Source: an uncultured Anaerolineales bacterium (GTDB lineage: Bacteria > Chloroflexota > Anaerolineae > B4-G1 > SLSP01). From it: a DNA stretch of 64,000 nt. Shown here in pieces: positions 39,685 through 47,435 of this stretch. Below the pieces are notes generated by a model, which did not search any database, was not told the DNA's origin, and saw only the letters and a list, made by a program, of their open reading frames with translations. The translations under genes were made by a program, and so were the position numbers. The stretch's first letter is position 1, and each line of letters starts with the position of its first letter. The stretch spans positions 3,782-67,781 of the forward strand of contig CAZCAI010000002.1 in the NCBI GenBank assembly GCA_964496595.1, written 5' to 3'.

Positions 39685-41097
39685 ATGCCTGATCCCTATG
39701 TCTCACCCTTTACGTGGCGCTACGGCTCCGAGGCGATGCGCGAGATCTGGAGCGAGCGCACTAAGCGCCGCTGGTGGCGTCGCATCTGGGTCGCGCTGGC
39801 CCGCGTACAATCGCGCTTCGGGGCGGTGACCGAGGCGCAGGCGGCCGATCTCGCCGCGCATCAAGATGAGGTCGATTTGGCGCGCTCCTTAGAGATCGAG
39901 GCGGAGATCCACCACGACCTGATGGCCGAGGTGCGCGCCTACGCCGCGCAATGCCCCGTCGGCGGCGGGATCATCCACGCGGGCGCCACCTCGATGGATG
40001 TGAAGGACAACGCGACGATCTTACAGATGCAGCGCGCCTTGGATTTGATCATCGAGCAATTAGCAGAGCTGCTCGCCGCCTTCGCTGATCAGATCCACCG
40101 CTGGGCCGATACGCCCTGCATGGGCTTCACCCACCTCCAGCCCGCCGAGCCGACCACCGTCGGCTATCGCCTGGCCGGCTACGCCCAGGATTTTCTAGAG
40201 GATCACCGGGCGCTGACGCGCCTGCGAGAAGAGCTGCGCGGCAAGGGCTTCAAGGGCGCGGTGGGGACCTCGGCCTCGTACGCGATGCTGCTGCCGGACG
40301 AGGTGACGCCCGCCGAATTCGAGCGCGCGGTGATGGACGAGTTGAGCCTGCGGACGTGGGCGGTCGCCAACCAGACCTACCCCCGCCGGCAGGATTGGGC
40401 CGTGCTCTCCGCACTGGCCGGGCTGGGCAGCGCGGCCTATCGCTTCGCGCTCGACCTGCGCCTGCTCCAGAATCCCACCATCGGTGAGTGGTCGGAGCCG
40501 TTTGGCAGCCGCCAGGTCGGCTCCTCGGCGATGCCGTTCAAGCGCAATCCCATCCGCGCGGAGAAGATCGATAGCCTGGCACGCTATCTGGCGCAACTGC
40601 CGCGCGTCGCCTGGGATAACGCGGCCCACTCCGCGCTGGAGCGCACGTTAGATGATTCGGCCAATCGGCGCGTGATTTTGCCCCAAGCGTTCCTCGTCGC
40701 CGACGAGGTGTTGCGCGTGACGATCCAATTAGTAAGCGACCTGCGGGTCGACGAGCGCGCTATCCAACACACCTTGGAAACCTACGGCCCTTTCGCCGCC
40801 ATCGAGCCGCTGCTGATGCGCCTGCTGCAGGCCGGCGCCGACCGCCAGGCGATGCACGAGACGTTGCGCGCGATCGCGATGCAGGCGTGGGAGGAGATCG
40901 AGGCCGGGAAGCCCAACCCGCTGCCGGAGCTACTCGCCGCCGCGCCGGAGATCACGGCGCACCTCCCGCCGGAGCAGATCCGCGCCGCGTTAGACGCGCA
41001 CGCCTATGTCGGGGACGCGCCCCAGCGCGCTCGGACATTGGCGGCTCACATCCAATCACATCTTGCCAAAACGGAAGCCCTCCAAGACAACTTATGA
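39685..41097 (+). CDS. purB: Adenylosuccinate lyase
   Basis: YVSPFTWRYGS, HDLMA, GATSMDVKDN, GFTHLQPAEPTT, signature GSSAMPFKRNP, ERTLDDSANRR. Confidence 0.92.
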   Translation: MPDPYVSPFTWRYGSEAMREIWSERTKRRWWRRIWVALARVQSRFGAVTEAQAADLAAHQDEVDLARSLEIEAEIHHDLMAEVRAYAAQCPVGGGIIHAGATSMDVKDNATILQMQRALDLIIEQLAELLAAFADQIHRWADTPCMGFTHLQPAEPTTVGYRLAGYAQDFLEDHRALTRLREELRGKGFKGAVGTSASYAMLLPDEVTPAEFERAVMDELSLRTWAVANQTYPRRQDWAVLSALAGLGSAAYRFALDLRLLQNPTIGEWSEPFGSRQVGSSAMPFKRNPIRAEKIDSLARYLAQLPRVAWDNAAHSALERTLDDSANRRVILPQAFLVADEVLRVTIQLVSDLRVDERAIQHTLETYGPFAAIEPLLMRLLQAGADRQAMHETLRAIAMQAWEEIEAGKPNPLPELLAAAPEITAHLPPEQIRAALDAHAYVGDAPQRARTLAAHIQSHLAKTEALQDNL

Positions 41098-41203
41098 TCC
41101 GGCCTTGGATGACACGATCCCAACGCCTATCGAGAGGGCGGGGGCAGCGGGGTCTGCCTCTGCACCACACTTTTCGAAGCGCCCTACTGTGAGGACTTCG
41201 ACT

Positions 41204-42304
41204 TTGAACATCCTGCTGATCGCGCCCTATTTCGGCGGCAGCCATCGCGCTTGGGCGGGGGGCTACGCCCGGCACAGCCGCCATCGCGTCGAGGTGCTAC
41301 GCCTACCCGCGCGCTTCTGGAAGTGGCGGATGCAGGGCGGCGCGGTCACGTTGGCCGCACGCGCGCGCAAACTTTCTACCAAACCGGATCTACTGTTGAC
41401 CACGGATATGCTCAACCTACCCGCCTTCTTGGGCCTGAGCCGCGATAGGCTAAGCGATGTGCCGGTAGCGCTCTACTGCCACGAAAATCAACTCACCTAC
41501 CCGATGCCGCCCGGCGAGAAGCGCGATCTCACCTACGCCATGATCAACTGGCTTTCGATGTTGGCGGCGGATCGGGTCTTCTTCAATTCCGCGTATCATC
41601 GGGCAGATTGGTTCAAGGCGCTGCCGCGCTTCCTCAAGCACTTCCATGATTTCAAGCACGTGCATCGGATTGCGGCGGTGGAGGCCAAGTCCGCCGTCCT
41701 GCCCGTCGGCTGCGACCTGGCGCGCCTGGATCGCGCCCGGCCCGAGACCTACCCCAACGCCGCCGGCCCACCCATCATCCTGTGGAATCAACGGTGGGAG
41801 TACGACAAAGCGCCCGCCGTCTTCTTCCGCGCGCTGGACGCCTTAGTCGCCGAGGGGATCGAGTTTCGCGTTGCGCTGGCGGGCAGCAACGTCCGCCAGC
41901 AGCCGGAGGAGTTCGAGGCGACGCAGGAGCGCCTGGGCGCGCGGGTGATCCACTACGGGCGCGCCGACGCGGCAGATTACGCGCAGCTCCTCTGGGCTTC
42001 GGACATCGTCGTCAGCACCGCGCGCCACGAATTCTTCGGCATCGCCGTGGTGGAGGCGATGTCCGCCGGCTGCTTCCCCGTACTGCCGCATCGCCTGGTC
42101 TATCCAGAGCTTGTGCCGCCCGCGCATCACGCCCGCTGTCTCTACGCGAATTTCGAGGAGTTGGTCTCTCGCCTGCGATGGGCCATCCACGAGGTCGCAG
42201 CGGCGCGCGCCCTCGCCTCCGAGCTGCGGACCTCGATGGCAAAATTCGATTGGGCTACGATGGCGCCGCGCTACGATGACACCTTCGAGACTGTGCCTGG
42301 ATAG
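41204..42304 (+). CDS. DUF3524 GT-B glycosyltransferase (GTDC1/QTMAN-like)
   Basis: YFGGSH, LPARFWKWRMQG, YCHENQLTYP, NSAYH, LWNQRWEYDK, STARHEFFGIAVVEA; TTG start 41204. Confidence 0.85.
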   Translation: MNILLIAPYFGGSHRAWAGGYARHSRHRVEVLRLPARFWKWRMQGGAVTLAARARKLSTKPDLLLTTDMLNLPAFLGLSRDRLSDVPVALYCHENQLTYPMPPGEKRDLTYAMINWLSMLAADRVFFNSAYHRADWFKALPRFLKHFHDFKHVHRIAAVEAKSAVLPVGCDLARLDRARPETYPNAAGPPIILWNQRWEYDKAPAVFFRALDALVAEGIEFRVALAGSNVRQQPEEFEATQERLGARVIHYGRADAADYAQLLWASDIVVSTARHEFFGIAVVEAMSAGCFPVLPHRLVYPELVPPAHHARCLYANFEELVSRLRWAIHEVAAARALASELRTSMAKFDWATMAPRYDDTFETVPG

Positions 42305-42330
42305 TTGAATCCAAGAAAGCAAACGAAGTC

Positions 42331-42491
42331 GGGTCTTTTGGATTTTGCCGGGCAATCTCCTCAGTAGCCCTAAAAGCAGCCAAGAATTGCGTGTTTGTGG
42401 GGATTACAGACCTTTCTTGCGTCGCTCCTGGGTTGCAGGTGGGGGGCGCAATAGCGCTTGACGATTGCACCCGACGAATTCCTGAAGAGCC
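42331..42491 (-). mobile_element. ISL3-type miniature element, copy B (161 bp)
   Basis: Imperfect IRs GGGTCTTTTGGATTTTGCCGG / GGCTCTTCAGGAATTCGTCGG (15/21); perfect 8-bp direct repeat ACGAAGTC at 42323-42330 and 42492-42499. Confidence 0.85.
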
Positions 42492-42750
42492 ACGAAGTCA
42501 AAGTTGATGTGCGGGACAGCGCAGCTTCGTGGAGCTTGTCCCCTGGGAACTGCTTCATTTATACCTTCATACCTTCTTCTAATCTCTCTTCGATAACTTG
42601 ATTTTTCCGCAAGCCATTCTATACTACCATCTCAGTGCGAGTGAATCCAAGCGATATATCTCCATCAGCTTATGGTAATCATGCAAATCGTGACGGGAGT
42701 AAGCGCCTGATATGTGGATGGTTAAACTTGTCAATCGCCCAGGATAGGAC

Positions 42751-43425
42751 ATGAGAAAAGCAACACTTTTGGCTCTGGCGGGGATTTTCATTGTCGGTGT
42801 GCTCGTAGGGTTTCTGGCTACAGCAACGTTACCCGATCTGGCCTTAGTCAATCTCTATCAACAGTGGGGCTTTTTGGGCCTGATCGGGCGCGTGGCCATC
42901 GCCCTGATGCTGTTGGGAATTCCCCTTACTTATACCGCGTGGATCATTGGTGGTATCGTTCAGATATCGCGACCCCACCAGCCTACGGAAAATGAGAGAT
43001 TATCGGAGCTTCCAGAAGGACAAGGAGAGTATCAGCATGTTCTGGTGCCTGCCGGTGGAGGGCCACATGCTTTGCTGGGCCTCCGACTGGCGACAAAACT
43101 CACCAACGGCACGGCCAAACACGTCACTTTGTTTCGCGTCATTCCTCCCGCTTCAGAATCAGAGATTTCTGATCAACAATACCGACTACAACAGATAGTT
43201 GAAAAGAATCTCGGGCCAGAGTACAAAATTGATATTCGTGTGCGCGTCAATGATTCAGTCATCCATGCTATTCGCGATGAAGTTCGCACCGGGGACTATG
43301 ATCTTCTCGTCATAGGCGCCTCGAATCGTTCCACCATTGCATCGCTGCTATTTGGCACGATCCCAGATGTGTTGGGTGAACAGATCACTTGCCCAATCCT
43401 GGTCGTGCGCGCGGGGACGTCATGA
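42751..43425 (+). CDS. Membrane protein with C-terminal universal stress protein (USP) domain
   Basis: Two to three N-terminal hydrophobic segments; HVLVPAGGGPHA, DLLVIGAS, LFGTIPD, CPILVVR. Confidence 0.8.
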   Translation: MRKATLLALAGIFIVGVLVGFLATATLPDLALVNLYQQWGFLGLIGRVAIALMLLGIPLTYTAWIIGGIVQISRPHQPTENERLSELPEGQGEYQHVLVPAGGGPHALLGLRLATKLTNGTAKHVTLFRVIPPASESEISDQQYRLQQIVEKNLGPEYKIDIRVRVNDSVIHAIRDEVRTGDYDLLVIGASNRSTIASLLFGTIPDVLGEQITCPILVVRAGTS

Positions 43426-43587
43426 CCTGGCTGGCATCTCTTATCTTTTTTATTTGGCCAGTCTCTCCTGATCACAACGATGAAAGCCAGCGGGGGTTCG
43501 CTGTGTAGGCAGGAAATGTGCAACAGTAGAACTGCATGTTTTACCTCGCTAAACTATCGCTCATAGTATTCTGCGAAAGGAGAAATT

Positions 43588-45408
43588 TTGACACTAGAAC
43601 AGGGCCTTGTCTATGCCGTCATTGTGCTGACACTGACGATGCTTGCGCTGCAGATCTGGCGCTATGATATGGTGGCGCTTATCGGTATGTTGTTGCTTGA
43701 GTTTATAGGGGCGGTCTCTGTCGAGGAAGCTCTGGGTGGGTACGGCCATTCCGCCATCGTGACCATCGCGGTGGTGCTGGTTGTCAGTCGCGGTCTGCAG
43801 AACACGGGCGTGGCCGATATGTTTGTTAAGTGGATGTCGGTTGCCGGGAAACGTCTAGCTGCGCAACTGGCTATGCTGTGCACCCTGGTGGTCCTCAGCT
43901 CCGCCTTTATGAACAATCTCGCGGCCCTGGCTCTCTTTATTCCGGTGGCTGTGCGGATCGCCAGAAAAAACAATCACGCTACCTCACTGTATTTGCTGCC
44001 GATGGCATTCAGTTCTCACTTTGGGGGTCTGATCACACTCATCGGAACGCCGGAAAACCTGATCGTCTCCGCGCTGCGGGTTGAGCACGGCGGGGAACAC
44101 TTTGACATGTTCGCGTTCGCCCCGGTGGGGATTGCGATCTCGGTGGTGGGGGTCGCGTTCATCACATTCCTTGGCTGGCGCCTCATTCCAAAGCGCGAGG
44201 GTGAGACGTCAGCGCAGGATAGCGTTCAGAACGTGGACTTTGTGACAGAAGTGCAAGTTCCCCCTGAGTCTGCATTAACCGGCCAGAAGTTGCGTAATCT
44301 GAAGTCACTCACCGATGCCGATCTGTGGGTCGTTGCCATTATACGCGATGGGAAACGTATCTCCTCACCCAAGGGAAACGATAAAATACGGGCGGGTGAC
44401 ATCCTTCTGGTGCGCGCCGAAGCCGCGGCCCTGCGGCAGTTCGCCTACGATACGGCCGTTGTATATCCGGAGTGCAAGCCACTTGAGTGCCCGAAGGAGA
44501 ACGGCCGCGAGCGCACCGATGGCTGGGAGCAACTCAAGGCCAGCCTGCACGCTGACGATGTTGAGATTGCCGAAGTCATCGTTGCTCCAGGCTCGATGAC
44601 CATAGGGAAGACTGCGCGTGACCTTAATCTGCGCGCGCGTTACGGCATCAATCTCCTGGCCATATCGCGGGCTGACGAAAACTTGCACTCTTCTGTGGGA
44701 ACAACCCCCCTGAAATCCAGTGATGTGCTACTGGTGCAAGCACATCATGAAGAAATGGCAGAAACACTGAAGACGCTGGGATTCATACCGTTGACGCAAC
44801 AAGAAATTCACCTGCAGCCACACAACACAGTCCTGGGATTGGCTATCTTCCTGGCCGCACTTCTCAGCGCAAGTTTTGGAATCCTATCGGTGCCCATCGC
44901 AATGACCGCGGCCGCTATCGCAATGGTGATCACGGGGCTTGTATCCTTGCACGAAGCCTACCAGAGCGTCGAGTGGCCGATCATTGTGCTGCTGGGCGCG
45001 ATGTTGTCGATGGGAGCCGCCCTGCAAAACACCGGCGGGGATCAATTCATCGCCGATCAGATTTTGCGGGCCGCCGGTTTTCTCTCGCCCCCCATGCTCC
45101 TGATCGTCGTCCTGCTGGTAACGATGATTCTTTCCGACATCGTGAACAACGCGGCCGCCGTTGTGCTGATGGGATCGATCGCGATCAGCGTAGCGCAGGG
45201 CCTGGGCGTCTCGACCGATCCGTTTCTCGTGGCCGTTGCGGTGGGCGGTTCCTGCGCCTTTCTGACGCCCATTGGTCATGAAGCGAATGTCCTGGTTTTT
45301 GAGGCCGGTGGGTACGAGTTCGGTGACTACTGGCGGCTGGGTCTACCGCTCGAACTGCTGATTACAGCCGTCACCATCCCCGTTTTGCTTTGGGTCTGGC
45401 CGCTCTAA
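43588..45408 (+). CDS. SLC13/CitMHS-type permease with two TrkA-C (RCK_C) domains
   Basis: WRYDMVALI, SAFMNNLA, TLIGTPENL, SDIVNNAAA, FLTPIGHEAN, YEFGDYWRLG; TTG start with AAAGGAG. Confidence 0.9.
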   Translation: MTLEQGLVYAVIVLTLTMLALQIWRYDMVALIGMLLLEFIGAVSVEEALGGYGHSAIVTIAVVLVVSRGLQNTGVADMFVKWMSVAGKRLAAQLAMLCTLVVLSSAFMNNLAALALFIPVAVRIARKNNHATSLYLLPMAFSSHFGGLITLIGTPENLIVSALRVEHGGEHFDMFAFAPVGIAISVVGVAFITFLGWRLIPKREGETSAQDSVQNVDFVTEVQVPPESALTGQKLRNLKSLTDADLWVVAIIRDGKRISSPKGNDKIRAGDILLVRAEAAALRQFAYDTAVVYPECKPLECPKENGRERTDGWEQLKASLHADDVEIAEVIVAPGSMTIGKTARDLNLRARYGINLLAISRADENLHSSVGTTPLKSSDVLLVQAHHEEMAETLKTLGFIPLTQQEIHLQPHNTVLGLAIFLAALLSASFGILSVPIAMTAAAIAMVITGLVSLHEAYQSVEWPIIVLLGAMLSMGAALQNTGGDQFIADQILRAAGFLSPPMLLIVVLLVTMILSDIVNNAAAVVLMGSIAISVAQGLGVSTDPFLVAVAVGGSCAFLTPIGHEANVLVFEAGGYEFGDYWRLGLPLELLITAVTIPVLLWVWPL

Positions 45409-45525
45409 TCATGCGGGCGCTACTGAAAATATATACTTACGCCTGATGTTGTATAAATGATCAAAGTGAGTTATAGTACAGTTTGATTTTAGAGAGAACA
45501 GGAGAATAAGAGAACAGAGGAAGTT

Positions 45526-46233
45526 ATGGAAGATACTTACGCAAATGATCATGAGGAGGACGATAGTATCGCTGACGAGCCGCTAGAAATACGCCCAGAT
45601 TTGGCGCCTCAGGGACGGCGTTGGTACAAACTTCCGCCTTCGTTGAGGGCGCGGCTTCGACAGGGGCATGAATACATCGAGATCTCGGGAGTTGCCGAGA
45701 TTGCGCGGCGGGCATTTGGGAAAAACGCCTTCGATGGAGTGTTGACTATGATGGGGGTGGTGATGGGCAGCTTTGTGGTGGGGATAGAAGACCCTGCCGT
45801 CATCATCATCTCCGGCATCTCAACCTCTGTGGCCCTGGGCATCTCCGGCGGATGGGGCGCTCAACTCTCCGAGTCGGCTGAACGGCGCCTTGATATCATT
45901 AAACTCGAAAAAATAATGTTGACTCCGCTGACCGAGACAAAGATCGGCCATGCATCTCGTATGGCCGTGTGGGTCGTCACCGCTGTAGATGGTCTGTCTC
46001 CCTTCCTCTCGGCTTTCTTCGTTGTCATACCTTTCTTTTTAACGCCACTCTTACCCACTATTGACTATGCTTATTATGCCTCGATGGGCATGGCCCTTGT
46101 CACCCTCTTCGTGCTGGGCATCTACTTAGCCTACGTCGGTCATGAAGATAAGGTAAAGTTTGGTATTAAGACGATGATCGCCGGTATCGTCGCGATCATT
46201 GTCAGTTTTAGCCTTGAGCTATTGACACCGTAG
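45526..46233 (+). CDS. VIT1/CCC1-like membrane protein (TIGR00267-type), paralogue 1
   Basis: IARRAFGKNAFDGVLT, GAQLSESAERR, DGLSPF; acidic N-terminal extension. Confidence 0.75.
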   Translation: MEDTYANDHEEDDSIADEPLEIRPDLAPQGRRWYKLPPSLRARLRQGHEYIEISGVAEIARRAFGKNAFDGVLTMMGVVMGSFVVGIEDPAVIIISGISTSVALGISGGWGAQLSESAERRLDIIKLEKIMLTPLTETKIGHASRMAVWVVTAVDGLSPFLSAFFVVIPFFLTPLLPTIDYAYYASMGMALVTLFVLGIYLAYVGHEDKVKFGIKTMIAGIVAIIVSFSLELLTP

Positions 46234-46342
46234 AGGCGTCGCGAGGACTTTACTTTGGCATGGATCTCATTGGCGCTTAATTGTGGCTTAATCGGAGACG
46301 CTGAACCGGAGATATTTATACGTAGCGTAAAAAGGGTCAGAG

Positions 46343-46945
46343 ATGAAACATTTCTTCATTAGAAGGTTTAAGATATGGCGTGAATACATCAAGATCTCAG
46401 GGGCCGGAGAGATTGCGCGGCGCGCATTTGTGAATAACTCATTCGATGGGGTGCTGACCATGGTAGGGGTAGTGATGGGAAGCTTCGTGGCCGGCATTAA
46501 GGATCCCAACGCGGTATTCATCACCGGTCTATCGACGGCGTTCGCGGTTGGAATTTCCGGTTTGTGGGGATCCTACCTTATCGAGGCAGCCGAGCAACGT
46601 CACGCGATAGTTGTCCTGGAAAAGCAACTTATGAGGCCGCTTAATAAGACGAGAATCGACCGCGCGGGCCATGTTGCCGTGTGGTACGTCTCCATTGTTA
46701 ACGGAGTATCGCCTTTCCTTGCCGCTTTGATTATCATCATACCTTTTCTTCTTGTCCCGCTCTTGTCCCACATTGACTATGCCTATTACACGTCCCTTGT
46801 GCTGGCGCTGATATCCCTCTTTGGCCTCGGCGTCTACCTGGCTCAAATTTCTCACGCGAGCAAGTTCCGGTTTGGCATCAGGGCTATGATCGCCGGTATT
46901 ATCTCGATTGCGGTTGGCTTCGGCATCGAGTTGGTCACCTCGTAG
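46343..46945 (+). CDS. VIT1/CCC1-like membrane protein (TIGR00267-type), paralogue 2
   Basis: IARRAFVNNSFDGVLT, GSYLIEAAEQR, NGVSPF; same fold as the preceding gene. Confidence 0.75.
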   Translation: MKHFFIRRFKIWREYIKISGAGEIARRAFVNNSFDGVLTMVGVVMGSFVAGIKDPNAVFITGLSTAFAVGISGLWGSYLIEAAEQRHAIVVLEKQLMRPLNKTRIDRAGHVAVWYVSIVNGVSPFLAALIIIIPFLLVPLLSHIDYAYYTSLVLALISLFGLGVYLAQISHASKFRFGIRAMIAGIISIAVGFGIELVTS

Positions 46946-47055
46946 GCGGAGCGCTGATAGCGTGATTCGGTTTTCAATTCTCCGGCTACATAGTTTGTAT
47001 AGAGTTCGTCTTACTCATAGAATGACAGTAGCGTTCATCTGATAAATGTTATTTT

Positions 47056-47343
47056 GGCTCTTCAGGAATTCGCCGGGTGCAATCGCACCCATACCCCCCC
47101 CGCGACCTCGTAACAACGCAGAAAAAGTCTGTGGGTTCCACAAACACACAAATCTTCGCTATTTTTAGGGCGACTGAGCGAGCTATCCGGCAAAATCGTT
47201 ACCGTCACAAAGTCTTCGCCACCTGGCCCCCTGGCTCCGAGGGGATTGCTAATCCCCGCCTAACCGCCGGATTTAGCAATCCGGCGAGAGCCTGGCACGA
47301 CATGGCGAATACTTTGAGATACAAGCCAAAATCCAAAAGTTCC
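47056..47343 (+). mobile_element. ISL3-type miniature element, copy C (288 bp including nested insertion; 152 bp without)
   Basis: Starts GGCTCTTCAGGAATTCGCCGG, ends CAAAATCCAAAAGTTCC; perfect 8-bp direct repeat GTTATTTT at 47048-47055 and 47344-47351. Confidence 0.85.
47198..47326. mobile_element. Second MITE (129 bp) nested inside the terminal IR of copy C
   Basis: 7-bp duplication CAAAATC (47191-47197, 47327-47333); 24-bp imperfect IRs GTTACCGTCACAAAGTCTTCGCCA / GCTTGTATCTCAAAGTATTCGCCA; internal REP-like hairpins. Confidence 0.75.
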
Positions 47344-47435
47344 GTTATTTTTAACAAGGTTACCTCGCTGTTTATGGAGTAGTAGCCTCAGTTCCGTCAT
47401 ATAATCCAAATATAATCAAAAAGGAGAAACAAGTT

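Noticed and set aside
38465-42491. Composite transposon bounded by inverted MITE copies A and B carrying methyltransferase-purB-DUF3524
   Set aside because: Each MITE has its own distinct 8-bp duplication, so they are independent insertions
38536-47382. Similar short ORFs at 38536, 42255-42470 and 47077-47382 (TNTQ...FRAT...RQN)
   Set aside because: They are translations of the MITE copies; no RBS, frame broken in copy A, no transposase motifs
47360-47435. yybP-ykoY manganese riboswitch before the P-type ATPase (GGAGTAG...CGTCA)
   Set aside because: Only fragments of the motif; too short and lacks the four-way junction stems. An Infernal search would settle it
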